Part shown: in pieces, positions 1 through 10,015 of the stretch | Numbering within the stretch: the stretch's first letter is position 1 | Layout: every line of letters starts with the position of its first letter | Assembly (NCBI GenBank): GCA_963801355.1 | Contig: CAWDEM010000008.1 | Location: forward strand, 2,656,001 to 2,720,000 | DNA length: 64,000 bases | Reading direction: 5' to 3' | DNA from: Ignavibacteriota bacterium | Lineage (GTDB): Bacteria; Bacteroidota; Ignavibacteria; UBA10030; UBA6906 | Translations under genes and position numbers: made by a program | Notes under the pieces: model-generated | Told to the model about the DNA's origin: nothing | The model's input: only the letters and a program-made list of their open reading frames with translations | The model's database searches: none

Positions 1-294
1 CATCCATCCGCCGATCTGCGTGATTGTTCTGGTTTTTTCCACAGTCAGCACGGCAATCACCGGGGCCTGCGGTGCAAACCGGTTGAACGAAATAGCGCTG
101 CTGTACGTTGCTTGCGCCACCGCCTCACGCACCGGGGGATCGTCGACGATGATGAGCCTCCACGGTTGGGCGTTGCTGGCCGACGGTGCAAGACGCACGG
201 ACTCTACCAGCAGGTCCAGCTTTTCACACTCCACCGCCCGGTCGGAGTAGCTCCGGACGCTTTGACGGTTTCTCACCAGTTCTGCAAAGTTCAT
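1..294 (-). CDS. Nitroreductase family protein (runs off window start)
   Basis: Manual translation from ATG at 294: MNFAELVRNRQSVRSYSDRAV...VRLAPSASNAQPWRLIIV, with the R-S-V-R and APS-x-N-x-QPW nitroreductase motifs. Not in the ORF track because it is truncated. Confidence 0.9.
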   Translation of the reverse strand, partial: MNFAELVRNRQSVRSYSDRAVECEKLDLLVESVRLAPSASNAQPWRLIIVDDPPVREAVAQATYSSAISFNRFAPQAPVIAVLTVEKTRTITQIGGWM

Positions 295-325
295 GGCCGA
301 GGTCTCCGTCCCGCTTCTTTCCGCG

Positions 326-1744
326 TCATGTGATGATACCGGACCCACCGCCCACCGAGGATGAATTTGCGCCCCGGATATTCCCACGCGTCAGCGACGA
401 GAACACTCCCCCAACGCACAACACCGAGAAAATCGCGAAGGCAATATTCACACTCAAAAGGAATTGCGGATAGTATTCCGGCGTGATCTGGACCTTCCCC
501 ACGACAAGCGCGAACACGAGCATGGCAATACCGATGCTCAGGGTCTGCCCGGTCATGCGCATCGTCGCAAGAGTTCCTGCAGCGACGCCATACACCGGCT
601 TTTCCACCGAACTCATCACGGCATTTGTGTTGGGAGAAGAGAAAAGTGCAAAGCCGAATCCGAGCACAGCAAGAGCCGCGGCGATCGCCCAGAGAGGCGT
701 CGCCGCCGTGAGAAACGCAAGAAATGCAAGACCGGCTACAATCACACCCATTCCAAGGGAAGCGACGATACGGGGTTCGATGCGGTCCGAGAGTCTTCCC
801 GCAAACGGCGAGAAGAGTGCCATCATGATAGGTTGTACGACAAGCACCAGACCCGTCTCCTGGGGAGTCATCCCCCGGATATATGCGAGGTACAGACTCA
901 GCAGGAACGTCACCGCAAACGTCGCACTATAATTGATGAAGGCAGCCAGATTGGAGAAGGCAAACACCCTGTTGTGCAGGAAGAGGTTGATATCCAGCAC
1001 CGGACTCTCCGTGCGCCGTTCCATGCGAACGAACAGGAAGAGCCCGAGGATGCCTGCTGTAATCGTGCCGGCCCCCGCAATGCCCGGGAGGAGAGAGAAT
1101 CCATACATGAGAGCAATGAGAGCAAAGCTGTAGACCATGGACCCGGCCAGGTCGAACCGGGCCCCGCGGGCTTCCGACCACTCGCCCCTCAGCTTCGCAA
1201 GGACAAGAGACACCATCACGAGGCCAAGGGGAACATTCATCCAGAAGATGCTGCGCCATCCAAGCTGCTGCGTCAGGATCCCCCCGATGAAAGGACCGAG
1301 AGAGAGTCCGATGTAGACTGCAGCGGAGTTGATCCCCAGCGCCTTCCCCCGCTCGTTCGCGGGGAACACCGAGGTGAGAATGGCAATGCTCATGCCAAAC
1401 ATCAGTGCGGCGCTGATTCCCTGAAGAACCCGGGCTCCGAGCAGAAATTCGGCACCAGGTGCGACGGCGCAGAGTAATGACGAAACAGTGTACAGCAGAA
1501 TCCCGATCAAAAACATCCGGCGGCGTCCGAGAATATCCGCCAGCCTGCCGAACGGGACAAGAAATACCGACGACGAAAGGAGATACGATGTCGGTACCCA
1601 GCTTAGCAAAACCGCACTCATGGCAAATTCATTTCCGAGGCTCGGCAGGGCTACATTCAGCGACGAGCCCATGAAGGGGGTCAGGAATGATGCAAGAGAG
1701 GCGACAAGGAGAGCGCTTTGTTTGTTTACGGTATCAGAAGACAT
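326..1744 (-). CDS. MFS transporter, 14-TMS DHA2 (EmrB/QacA-like) efflux family
   Basis: 472 aa, hydrophobic throughout; MFS motif A GRLADILGRRR, WRSIFWMNVPLG, GRLSDRIEPR. Confidence 0.9.
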   Translation of the reverse strand: MSSDTVNKQSALLVASLASFLTPFMGSSLNVALPSLGNEFAMSAVLLSWVPTSYLLSSSVFLVPFGRLADILGRRRMFLIGILLYTVSSLLCAVAPGAEFLLGARVLQGISAALMFGMSIAILTSVFPANERGKALGINSAAVYIGLSLGPFIGGILTQQLGWRSIFWMNVPLGLVMVSLVLAKLRGEWSEARGARFDLAGSMVYSFALIALMYGFSLLPGIAGAGTITAGILGLFLFVRMERRTESPVLDINLFLHNRVFAFSNLAAFINYSATFAVTFLLSLYLAYIRGMTPQETGLVLVVQPIMMALFSPFAGRLSDRIEPRIVASLGMGVIVAGLAFLAFLTAATPLWAIAAALAVLGFGFALFSSPNTNAVMSSVEKPVYGVAAGTLATMRMTGQTLSIGIAMLVFALVVGKVQITPEYYPQFLLSVNIAFAIFSVLCVGGVFSSLTRGNIRGANSSSVGGGSGIIT

Positions 1745-1815
1745 GATTCGCCGTTTGATGACGCAGGACTCTCTTGCCCACCAGGTGGGCGGAAAATACG
1801 GAGAGCAGACGGCCG

Positions 1816-2463
1816 CTACTTCAGTCCTGAAAGTCCTTCAATAACCTCGTCTCTCGGAAGATCTCCGGCGGCAAGCTCTTCGTCGGATTTCTTGAGGAGA
1901 CGCCGGTAGAACTGCACGCCTTCCTGCGCAAAAGCCGGCTCTGAGTCCAGAATAACGTAGAGTGCATCTTCGGCCTTTGCGTAGCGGTGCAGAGTTTCCT
2001 GGTACCTGAAGATCTTCTTGAGAAGCCCGGCCGGGAGCGAAGCCTGGCCGAGCTTCTCAAGGAGTTCGTCAATGTGCTCGAGATGCCGGGCTTCGACGGG
2101 GTCGTCATAGAGGAGATACGTCGCGATGAGCAGTTCCAGAGACTTCAGAAAGAGCGTGCCGGCGCGAGCGTCATCGGACATCAACGCGTAGATCTCCGCT
2201 TCCTCCTTCAAGAGCTCTCCCAGGACATAGGACTTGGGGACAGCCACGGAGAGATCTCCCCCGAAGAGCTGCATCAACTGGTCGGCGGAGAAAGAGTCGA
2301 CCAGTGTTCTGTCCATACCAAGAAGTGTCTTCCCCGTGGTCTGGAGTTCCAGCAGGGCCTGCGGATACTCCTTGTTGACTTTCAAGGCCAGAACGCGGGC
2401 AATCGCTGCCACAAGCAAATTGATCATCCGCATCAGATAGTCGCGTTCGATCATCGGGGACAT
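1816..2463 (-). CDS. Conserved helical protein (DUF6483-like, TPR-like)
   Basis: N-terminal ERDYLMRMI and C-terminal FYRRLLKKSDEELAAGDLPRDEVIEG resemble this family; tightly coupled to the upstream gene. Confidence 0.65.
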   Translation of the reverse strand: MSPMIERDYLMRMINLLVAAIARVLALKVNKEYPQALLELQTTGKTLLGMDRTLVDSFSADQLMQLFGGDLSVAVPKSYVLGELLKEEAEIYALMSDDARAGTLFLKSLELLIATYLLYDDPVEARHLEHIDELLEKLGQASLPAGLLKKIFRYQETLHRYAKAEDALYVILDSEPAFAQEGVQFYRRLLKKSDEELAAGDLPRDEVIEGLSGLK

Positions 2464-2466
2464 CCC

Positions 2467-3330
2467 TCAGCGCGTCATGGCCTGCGCCTTTTCCAGGATA
2501 CCTGGACGCGCGGATTCCATCATGTCGCGAATATCTTCGTACCGCATCGTCCGCTGCTCGAACGTGCGTTTGTTAAGAGCACCCAGGAATCGTCCCTCGA
2601 ATTCACGGAAGTACGAGCCGTAGATGTGATAACTGTCGGCAATGTGACAGTACCTTCCCGGGACCACCGGTTCTCCGGTTTTGCTCACAATGCCTTCCGC
2701 GATCTTCTTCTGCAACTGCACGAGGGCAAAGATATTCATGAACGCGGCTTTGTAGGCATCGTTGGAGCGGAATCGTACGTTCATGCTCAGGATCTTCTTC
2801 CCCTCCTCCTCGGTGATCCGGCACCAGATGCTTTGCAGGCATGGAGGATCGTAGCACTCGTTGTCTTCCCATACCTTCCAGGTGATGGCCTGCGCCCGGC
2901 GTGAATAGGGCGTTGCGGCAAGTTTCTGGCAGATCGTCTCAATCTGGTCCGAGGGCGGAATTCCGGGGGAAGTATACTTGAAAAGGCGTTGATGGTAGGT
3001 ATACTCCCACCGCGTGTCTTCCGGATCGTCAGGCCTGCGAACGAGATGATCCTTGATGCCTTCACACACCTCCATCGTGTACTCCTGCAGGTCTTCGGGG
3101 CCACCCGGAAAATCCATATGAATCATCGGCTCTGCAAGCGGATTGTGAATCGTGATCAGCATGGTGGCGTCGATACTCGGAGGGTCATCCGCCTTGTCAT
3201 ATTGCGTCTTGATGCGGCAACCTTGTTTGTGGAGCTCGATCAGAGAATTCTCCCACGCTCTGGCAATACAGTTGCCTTCGACATGCAGGACCGGAATTCC
3301 GTTCATCGTGGTGATCTTTCGAATTGTCAC
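2467..3330 (-). CDS. Thymidylate synthase, archaeal/methanogen-type ThyA-like
   Basis: YTYHQRLF, DQIE, SRRAQAITW, catalytic PPC, FRSND, dUMP-specifying Asn in FMNI, and HIY; lacks the bacterial N-terminal DRTGTG motif. Confidence 0.8.
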   Translation of the reverse strand: MTIRKITTMNGIPVLHVEGNCIARAWENSLIELHKQGCRIKTQYDKADDPPSIDATMLITIHNPLAEPMIHMDFPGGPEDLQEYTMEVCEGIKDHLVRRPDDPEDTRWEYTYHQRLFKYTSPGIPPSDQIETICQKLAATPYSRRAQAITWKVWEDNECYDPPCLQSIWCRITEEEGKKILSMNVRFRSNDAYKAAFMNIFALVQLQKKIAEGIVSKTGEPVVPGRYCHIADSYHIYGSYFREFEGRFLGALNKRTFEQRTMRYEDIRDMMESARPGILEKAQAMTR

Positions 3331-4262
3331 TTGCCTTGCTGGTCGGCATTGAGTGCTGCATTTGTTTTCATCAGCTTCTGAACAACTTCCTGGTAATAGG
3401 GCTTTTCCTTGAGACTGGCATACGAACCCGGGAAGAACGCAACAGTGATGTCGGCACTGTTGTCCTCGAAGGCGTTCAGCACGAGTGAGCAGCGCTGGTC
3501 GTGATCCAGGCGCGTGTTGTCAATCATCGGGAAGTCAAAGAACCCCACCCAGAACTCTGCGCTGTTGGTCTCGAAGTTCCCGAGGGAATCTCTTGGCGTT
3601 CGTACTTCAAGCCGGAACTTCAGTTCCTTTCTTGCCGGATCCGCCTTCTGAACAACGATGGAGAAATTGCGCGTGATGCCTTCGAGCGTGAGTGTTCCCT
3701 CATCCAGCGAGATGCCCCCGGGATTTCTGGTCAGCGAATCCAGGTCGACGAACCGGTCGAACTTCGAACCCGCCCCTTCGAGAACCAGCATTTGCTTCCG
3801 GGTAATCTCAGTGGCAACTCTGTGGAGCCGGTCGGTGAGTTCTTTTTTCGCCGGTCCTTGCGCCGCCTGAACCTGCTTGTCGATGTAGATGAAGAGGGGC
3901 TTGAGGTTAAGGGATTCATGGAAATTGTAAGAGAGAAGCTCCAGATTGAGCACCTTCTCGTCGAGTGAACCCGAACCGGGTTTCAAGAACGTCTGAATCA
4001 TGGAGACAAACATGTCTTTACGGAGCGCGCTTTCAGCTTCTTCGCGGCGGCTCATAAGCTCGGTGTAGATTCTGATATTAGCTTCATTGGCCTGCATCCG
4101 CTCACGCAATGCCGCTTCGGTACTCTCTCTGTCCTTGAGGTAGTTGGAACCGATGAACCCCAGGATTGTCACGGTGACCGCGGTCATTAATCCACCCCCC
4201 GATTGGAGGAGGACGGCCAGTTTGTCCCAGCCATCCCGTTTTTTGTCCTGCTCCATGTTCAT
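3327..4262 (-). CDS. Hypothetical membrane-anchored protein
   Basis: 311 aa with one N-terminal hydrophobic segment followed by a coiled-coil-like stretch; 4-bp start/stop overlaps with both neighbours. Confidence 0.75.
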   Translation of the reverse strand: MNMEQDKKRDGWDKLAVLLQSGGGLMTAVTVTILGFIGSNYLKDRESTEAALRERMQANEANIRIYTELMSRREEAESALRKDMFVSMIQTFLKPGSGSLDEKVLNLELLSYNFHESLNLKPLFIYIDKQVQAAQGPAKKELTDRLHRVATEITRKQMLVLEGAGSKFDRFVDLDSLTRNPGGISLDEGTLTLEGITRNFSIVVQKADPARKELKFRLEVRTPRDSLGNFETNSAEFWVGFFDFPMIDNTRLDHDQRCSLVLNAFEDNSADITVAFFPGSYASLKEKPYYQEVVQKLMKTNAALNADQQGK

Positions 4263-4588
4263 TTCCTCCGTAGCTGCGACTTGTCGTTCTGAACCTCCAG
4301 AATCCAGTCATAGCGTGTAGATCTGTCGTACGAAAAGAGGTCAGCCGATGCAGTCCGGTCCTTCAGGTGCACGGTGAGCACGCACTTCCCCTTTTCTTTG
4401 ACGAAGATGCGGTAGGACCCGAATTTGTCTGTTTCGGCCGCATAGATCTTACCAGAGGCTTCGATCGTCACCTTCGCGCCCGCCGCGATCGGCCTGGTCC
4501 CATCGGTGATCGTCCCGTAGAGTTCACCGGCCGAAGTAACGACGGCGAAGAACGGGAGAACGAGTAAGGTCAGGAAGAATGAACGCAT
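4259..4588 (-). CDS. Small secreted protein, carboxypeptidase-regulatory/transthyretin-like beta-sandwich
   Basis: Signal peptide, then GTITDG..PIAAGAKVTI...TDKFGSYRI; AAGGA RBS upstream. Confidence 0.7.
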   Translation of the reverse strand: MRSFFLTLLVLPFFAVVTSAGELYGTITDGTRPIAAGAKVTIEASGKIYAAETDKFGSYRIFVKEKGKCVLTVHLKDRTASADLFSYDRSTRYDWILEVQNDKSQLRRK

Positions 4589-4739
4589 GGTGATCCTTAT
4601 CTGTTGAACGCGCAGGAAATGTCGGCCGGAATTGCCACACTAATCTACAGCACAGAGGAGAGAGAAGCAACGTGTCGAATTGCCTCTCAGGCCGATAATC
4701 ATTAGTTTCCTGCGTGTACTGCCATGCAAGGGGCTCAAC

Positions 4740-5405
4740 ATGTCAACGAATCGGGAAAGAAGTCTGATCATCTCGTATTTGGCGATGCGGAGATTGATTG
4801 GCATCCTGGGAATATCGCTGCCGTTTGTCGTTGTCCTCGGAGGATTTGCACACGGTGAATCCGGTGTACAAGGGTCAATAAGCGGCTACTATTACACGCA
4901 TATGCGTGACTTCCTTGTCGGCATATCAAGCGGCGTTGCGCTATTTCTCATGTCGTACAAAGGCTATGAAAGAATCGACGACTTTGTGGCAAAGCTGTGC
5001 GGGATCTTTGCAGTGGGTATGGTTCTCTTTCCTACGGCCATGTATTCCGGCAAGACAGTCAGAGTCGGCATGTTTTTCATCAATGACGATATTTCCGGAA
5101 TAATACATCTGGCGTTCAGTGCGCTCTTCTTCCTTGCGTTGTCGTTCAACTCATTATTCCTCTTTACCAGGCGGCACCCGGGAGTCATGGGCAAGGAAAA
5201 AAAACGAAGGAATGTAGTCTATCGTCTCTGTGGCATTGTGATGATCGTTGCGATTGTCTCCATAGCCATTTATACGCTCTTCCTGCGTGATACGTTTCTT
5301 GCAGCGGTGAATCCGGTCCTGATACTCGAGTCTGTTGCTTTAATAGCGTTCGGGATCTCGTGGTGGGTGAAGGGAAACACATTGTTCAAAGACAAGTGGA
5401 ATTGA
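4740..5405 (+). CDS. Integral membrane protein (DUF998-like)
   Basis: About 6 TM segments; RRLIGILG, SISGYYYT, ILESVALIAFGISWWVKG. Start placed at ATG 4740 within ORF 4680..5405. Confidence 0.7.
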   Translation: MSTNRERSLIISYLAMRRLIGILGISLPFVVVLGGFAHGESGVQGSISGYYYTHMRDFLVGISSGVALFLMSYKGYERIDDFVAKLCGIFAVGMVLFPTAMYSGKTVRVGMFFINDDISGIIHLAFSALFFLALSFNSLFLFTRRHPGVMGKEKKRRNVVYRLCGIVMIVAIVSIAIYTLFLRDTFLAAVNPVLILESVALIAFGISWWVKGNTLFKDKWN

Positions 5406-5408
5406 AAT

Positions 5409-6167
5409 CTACGACCGTCGAAATATGAATGCATGGTTCTCAAATGCCGGCAAATCCAGAAATTTACCATAGTTTCTAACGAAGACCTCCTTGTACCCCA
5501 ATCTTGTCATCGTCGTGCGGAGTGCCGTGTCTGTTATGCCCCATTGAAACACGTTATGGATGTCGCCCCATGGTTTGTGATATTGTGGGTGCAGTTCGGT
5601 CTTGTGTTCATAGATGTACTTGTACGTGTCGTATCGCAGATTCGAAACCAGTTCAATGCATCTGTCGAGGGGGAGGTCAGTCAATCTCACCGCATCTTCA
5701 CCTTGAATCAATTGCTGATTGTAGATGACAAAACAGGGTGAGAACTCTGCATACATCCCCAACACTTCATCCCAGTTCGGATTTGCCTGGTGGAGAAGGA
5801 CATCAAAGAAATACACGACATCAATCCGACCCACCACGCTCGCAGTTTCTGTAAGACTGAAATCCCCCTCAACAACCGACAAACCAGGGTACCGCCGCAG
5901 ACGCGCCTTCAGTCCTTCCGGGTAGTTCGTATCGACGAGAACACCCCGTTCGACCCCGGATCGTTTCATCGTGTGACGAGAATATGCCGCATTGACCTTC
6001 CAGACACCGCCGAGGTCTGCAAACGATTTTGCTTCCGGGAAGACGTGCCCGAATGTGAAGTCGATGAGTCGGAGTTTATCCCTGTTGACGTAGAGGTTGT
6101 ACCCTTGCCACAGATTGGGAATGTTGCGGACTACCTTCGTGACTCGGCGAACTGTCTTCGACATCAT
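5409..6167 (-). CDS. Class I SAM-dependent methyltransferase-like protein
   Basis: SFADLGGVW (motif I-like), GDF, DVVYFFDVLLHQ. Start placed at MMSKT. Confidence 0.6.
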   Translation of the reverse strand: MMSKTVRRVTKVVRNIPNLWQGYNLYVNRDKLRLIDFTFGHVFPEAKSFADLGGVWKVNAAYSRHTMKRSGVERGVLVDTNYPEGLKARLRRYPGLSVVEGDFSLTETASVVGRIDVVYFFDVLLHQANPNWDEVLGMYAEFSPCFVIYNQQLIQGEDAVRLTDLPLDRCIELVSNLRYDTYKYIYEHKTELHPQYHKPWGDIHNVFQWGITDTALRTTMTRLGYKEVFVRNYGKFLDLPAFENHAFIFRRS

Positions 6168-6448
6168 TTGGCCTAATGTGCACTGTGTGCGTCGTTGCAC
6201 AAATCTACGCAGAACAGTGCAAACAAACCAATAGAGGAAACACAGTGAGAATGGGCTGATACCCTTCTCAGCCTCACCCTTCTTGCATCTACACACGCTC
6301 GCCTGAAGTCGTAGGACTCTGTGACCAGCCGCTACATCTCCAGAGAAGAGTCATCGGATGACCAGGAGCTTGCGCGACTGGACGAAGACACCTCACAGCA
6401 GTTGTGGTTCGATAGATGATCGCTTGGTCTGGCACTTTTGTCATTTGC

Positions 6449-6907
6449 TCAGTGAGCAGATGTGTCCGCCGAAGCTAGGAAATGCCGCCTCAGGTTGTTA
6501 AGCGACCTTTCAAGAATTCTCTCCCATTGACGCCTCGCAAACAAAGAATCAACCAGATAGCCCAGCACTGGAATTGGCAGTCGGTATTCCATAGCGTACG
6601 TGAATTTCGTGCTATCACCCATTGGTTCAAATGTCCAATGAGTTCGATGGGCCAGCCCTCTGGTGGCAACACCTGTCCAACCTCTGTTGTGGACATAATC
6701 GTGAATCTCAGTTTCGACAGGGGCAGGGAGACCCATGACACGAGCCTTGTAGGCGTACCGCGCACCGTTACCCCGAGTGATCGCCGTAGTCGCTTTGAAA
6801 TCTGATACACCCTCGAACCATTCAGTCCATTTAGCGAAGTCAGCGGCATAGCCGAATACTTGATCCACTGGTGCGGAAATGATGACGCTATGTTCGATGC
6901 GAGTCAT
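6449..6907 (-). CDS. SRPBCC / polyketide cyclase-like protein (copy 1)
   Basis: MTRIEHSVIISAPVDQVFGYAADFAKWTEWF...SLNNLRRHF; GGAGG RBS before ATG 6907. Confidence 0.85.
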   Translation of the reverse strand: MTRIEHSVIISAPVDQVFGYAADFAKWTEWFEGVSDFKATTAITRGNGARYAYKARVMGLPAPVETEIHDYVHNRGWTGVATRGLAHRTHWTFEPMGDSTKFTYAMEYRLPIPVLGYLVDSLFARRQWERILERSLNNLRRHFLASADTSAH

Positions 6908-7112
6908 ACGTTCACCCTCCGAGAGAATAATCAGTGGCCGAGAAAGTCCCTGACTGCCGAAGAGCTCCTGCGTGACAACTTCCGCCTTCGATTTCCTTCG
7001 GATCGGCGCGCACATATGAAGCGATTGGCGCTCTGAGGCCCAGATATCGCGTGAGACTCAGAAACTAACCAGGACGCTGTCCATTGCGCGAACGCGGTTG
7101 AGTTGATATAAG

Positions 7113-7143
7113 AGGGGCCGGTGATGAATACCGAACCCCTTTT
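7113..7143 (-). terminator. Reused intrinsic terminator-like hairpin, copy 1 of 3
   Basis: AGGGGCCGGTGATGAATACCGAACCCCT; related copies at 10271-10302 and 13855-13881; lies downstream of minus-strand stops. Confidence 0.6.
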
Positions 7144-7196
7144 GTTTACCCAATATGAGAGGTGGGTTTGACTTTTCCCCGCCACACGGTTCCCGG

Positions 7197-7241
7197 TCAC
7201 GCGGGCTTGGGACCGGAGGCAGGCACTTTCTTCAACACTGC
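7197..7241 (-). pseudogene. 3' remnant of the 13941..14375 membrane-protein gene
   Basis: Encodes AVLKKVPASGPKPA*, identical to the C-terminus of the intact gene at 13941. Confidence 0.9.
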
Positions 7242-7255
7242 GGTGAACCCCCGCT

Positions 7256-7516
7256 TCACTTCATCAAACCGATTTGGCGCAAGAATGTGGCCATATCCCA
7301 GTAATCGGCGTTTCGGTAGATCTTCCCACCCTTCAGCTGAACAATTGAACTGCCCCGCATTTTGAAGCCTTTACCGGTTCCGGGAAAGTCGGCAGTGACT
7401 ACGGATTGCGTGCCGGTCATCACCCACTCGAACGCCACCCAATCTCCGGACGCGAAGACCGAGGTCACCTCCAATGTGAAATCCGGAATGGCGTCGTAGC
7501 AGGCCTTCACATACAT
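7256..7516 (-). pseudogene. N-terminally truncated SnoaL-like ester cyclase (NTF2 fold)
   Basis: AIPDFTLEV...GDWVAFEWVMTGT...GGKIYRNADYWD; only 86 aa, lacking the N-terminal helix region, and starting 16 bp after the kinase stop. Confidence 0.75.
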
Positions 7517-7532
7517 GGAACAAGTCGACCTG

Positions 7533-9869
7533 TTACCCCTCCAATCCGATCCTCTTCAGTATTGCTCTGAACCGCGGTTCAGCGTGAAATCCAACCCACA
7601 TCGGACTGACCTTCAGGTCTGGTATAAAACGAGCATGCTCGTCCACAGCCTTTTCGAGCCACTCCATCGCTTTGTTTTTGTCTCCCAGCCCGTTGTACAC
7701 CAATGCAATGTCCAGAGATGTTGTCAGCCCCTGCCTCGAGAACACCAGCAGAGTATCGATCACAGAGCGAGCTTCGCTCACTCTGCCAGATCGTGCATAG
7801 AGGTATCCAAGCCCCCCCAGCCCATAGGGAGCGTTCTTGACGAGCTCCCTGACCCTCAGAAGCTCTGCCGTTCCCTCTGCAATTTCCCCTTTCTGAGCAT
7901 AGTACAGGCCGAGATTCAAATGAGCGATTGGGAAGGTCCGGTCGAGCTCGAGTGTCTTTTTGATTTCATCAATGGCATCATCGTATCGACCCATGTCGAA
8001 ATAGTTCTCAGCGATATTTACGCTGACAATCAGCGACAGCGGATCGAGTTTTTGGGCAACTCTGATTTCAGCCATTGCCTCGTCGAAACGTCCTAACGAT
8101 CGGAGCATGATCTGGTACCAATGATGGACCGTCGGGTGATTCGGATTGAGCTCCATGGCTTTTTTGAACTCGTTCTCAGCACCAGCCCAATCCCAGCTGT
8201 AATGATACTTGATATAGGCAAACACAAGATGTGGTTCTGCGAGACTCTCGTCGAGGTCCATTGCCCTCCTCGCTGCTGCTTCAGCCCTTGGAAAGCACTC
8301 GTTGGCTGGGAGCCCAGCATACTCGGGAAGGGTCGCATGCGTGAGCGCCATGCCTGCATATGCAAGTGCATACTCTGGATCCTTCTTGATGGCGAGATCG
8401 AAATACTCAATGGCCTTTCTCAAGTCCTCGGGTGTGCGCTTGCTCCAGTGATAACGACCTTTCAGGTATTCCTGATACGCCTCGGGGTCCACCGGATGAG
8501 TCGAGGCCAGTCTCTTCTCCTCTTCCTGCGTTACCGTAACCTTGATCTCCTGTGCGATTGCCCGTGCGACATCACTGTGAAGCGCCAGGATGTTCCTCAT
8601 ACCTCGATCATACGTGTCCGCCCACAGGTGCTTCTCCGGTGATGCTTGAACCAATTGCACGGTTATGCGCACGGAGTCGCCTTCACGCAAAACTGATCCT
8701 TCAACCACCCCCTTCACATTCAGATCTTTCGCTATCTCGGGCAAGGACTTTTCAGTCTTCTTATACTTCTTTGCGGATGTCCAGGAGATGATACGCAGTG
8801 ATTTGATCTTCTGTAGTTCTGTAATCAGTGCGTCGGTCATGCCGTCGCAGAAATACTCCTGCTGAGGATCGCCGGAGCGATTCTCCAGGGGCAAGACGGC
8901 AATTGAATCAAACACTTCTCTGGATGGCGTGAGGAAATAGACTGCTGCAAGGATGACGAGAACGGCGACAAAGCTCGAGAGTGCGTATAGTATTGCGGGC
9001 CGCGTTCTGAATTGTTGAGCGGTTGTTCCTCGCCGCTTCATCTCCCCGGTTCCAACCGTCCGCTTCATCGATTTCAAATCCGCCGAGAGGTCGTCGACAT
9101 GTTGGTAGCGCTCGGCGGGATCCTTGGCCAGTGCCTTTCCGACAAGCCGCTCCAGTTCTATCGGGATGCCACTACGCAGTCCTGTAATCGGCTCCTGCTG
9201 AGAGTTGAGGATGGAGTAGAGAACGGCGTTCTCGTAGTCTCCCTTGAATGGCAGCTGCCCGGTCAGCATTTCATACAGTGTCACACCCAGGGACCAGATG
9301 TCGGTCCTGTGATCTGTCGGTTCTCCCCCTGCCTGTTCGGGAGACATATAGGCCGCGGTGCCGAGCGTCGAGCCTGCCTTGGTCAGCGCTGTTCGGCCGG
9401 AGAGTTTTGCCAGACCAAAGTCGACGATTTTCGCCGTACCATCCGAAGTAATCAGAATGTTGGCCGGCTTGATGTCCCGGTGGATGATTCCGTGCTCGTG
9501 GGCCTTGGCAAGACCCTGGGCAACCTGGACAGCGATGTAGACGGCTTCCTCGATCTTCAGCGGCCCCCGTTCGATTTTCTTCTTGAGAGTCTCACCCTCA
9601 TAGTAAGCCATTACGATGAAGATCTGGCCGTCTTCGGTCTCACCGATGTCGTGGACGTCACAGATGTTAGGATGATCGAGGGAAGAAGCGGTTTGCGCTT
9701 CGTGGATGATGCGCTGCTTGGCTTCAGGGTCGCGTGTGAGCTCGGGAGGGAGAAACTTCAGGGCGACTGTTCGGTCCAGCTTCAGGTCCTGGGCTTTGTA
9801 CACAACGCCCATGCCCCCACCGCCGAGCTTCTCGAGAATCTTGTAGTGGGAAACGGTCTGGCCGATCAA
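7533..9869 (-). CDS. Ser/Thr protein kinase with TM segment, TolB-N-like domain and TPR repeats
   Basis: GGGGMGVVY, VALK, HRDIKPAN, DFG, YMSPEQ; SIAVLPLEN...DGMTDALI; TPRs. Likely TTG start at 9869 after GGAG. Confidence 0.92.
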   Translation of the reverse strand: MIGQTVSHYKILEKLGGGGMGVVYKAQDLKLDRTVALKFLPPELTRDPEAKQRIIHEAQTASSLDHPNICDVHDIGETEDGQIFIVMAYYEGETLKKKIERGPLKIEEAVYIAVQVAQGLAKAHEHGIIHRDIKPANILITSDGTAKIVDFGLAKLSGRTALTKAGSTLGTAAYMSPEQAGGEPTDHRTDIWSLGVTLYEMLTGQLPFKGDYENAVLYSILNSQQEPITGLRSGIPIELERLVGKALAKDPAERYQHVDDLSADLKSMKRTVGTGEMKRRGTTAQQFRTRPAILYALSSFVAVLVILAAVYFLTPSREVFDSIAVLPLENRSGDPQQEYFCDGMTDALITELQKIKSLRIISWTSAKKYKKTEKSLPEIAKDLNVKGVVEGSVLREGDSVRITVQLVQASPEKHLWADTYDRGMRNILALHSDVARAIAQEIKVTVTQEEEKRLASTHPVDPEAYQEYLKGRYHWSKRTPEDLRKAIEYFDLAIKKDPEYALAYAGMALTHATLPEYAGLPANECFPRAEAAARRAMDLDESLAEPHLVFAYIKYHYSWDWAGAENEFKKAMELNPNHPTVHHWYQIMLRSLGRFDEAMAEIRVAQKLDPLSLIVSVNIAENYFDMGRYDDAIDEIKKTLELDRTFPIAHLNLGLYYAQKGEIAEGTAELLRVRELVKNAPYGLGGLGYLYARSGRVSEARSVIDTLLVFSRQGLTTSLDIALVYNGLGDKNKAMEWLEKAVDEHARFIPDLKVSPMWVGFHAEPRFRAILKRIGLEG

Positions 9870-9927
9870 GGGAATCTCCACGGGCGTGAATGATCCCAAC
9901 GGCACGAAGAACTAGTGGTACGGCGGC

Positions 9928-9956
9928 AATATACGCCAGGGTGCGGTGGGAGTCAA
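9928..9956 (-). promoter_or_regulatory. sigma70-type promoter of the kinase gene
   Basis: TTGACT-17 bp-TATATT on the minus strand. Confidence 0.65.
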
Positions 9957-9966
9957 ACAGAAGCGC

Positions 9967-9998
9967 GAAGGTCGACGAAATGAAGGTCGACGAAATGA
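9967..9998. repeat. 15-bp tandem duplication
   Basis: GAAGGTCGACGAAAT x2 followed by GA. Confidence 0.9.
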
Positions 9999-10015
9999 TT
10001 TAGGATTTTCCTACT

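Larger units (their letters stand above)
6402..7243. repeat. Copy 1 of a ~840 bp direct duplication (copy 2 at 13146-13987)
   Basis: Near-identical by eye to 13146-13987 (offset ~6744). Covers the SRPBCC gene, its upstream region, a terminator and the last 14 codons of the membrane-protein gene. Confidence 0.95.

Noticed and set aside
464-1477. Long plus-strand ORFs antisense to real genes (also 1987-2904, 21409-22476, 27716-29128, 40659-41684, 45033-46244)
   Set aside because: Shadow ORFs expected from GC-rich codon usage; no recognisable motifs, and they lie opposite well-supported genes.
6247-6419. Possible decayed plus-strand coding tail (EWADTLLSLTLL...QQLWFDR*)
   Set aside because: Contains an internal stop, has no start and no recognisable family; cannot be supported.
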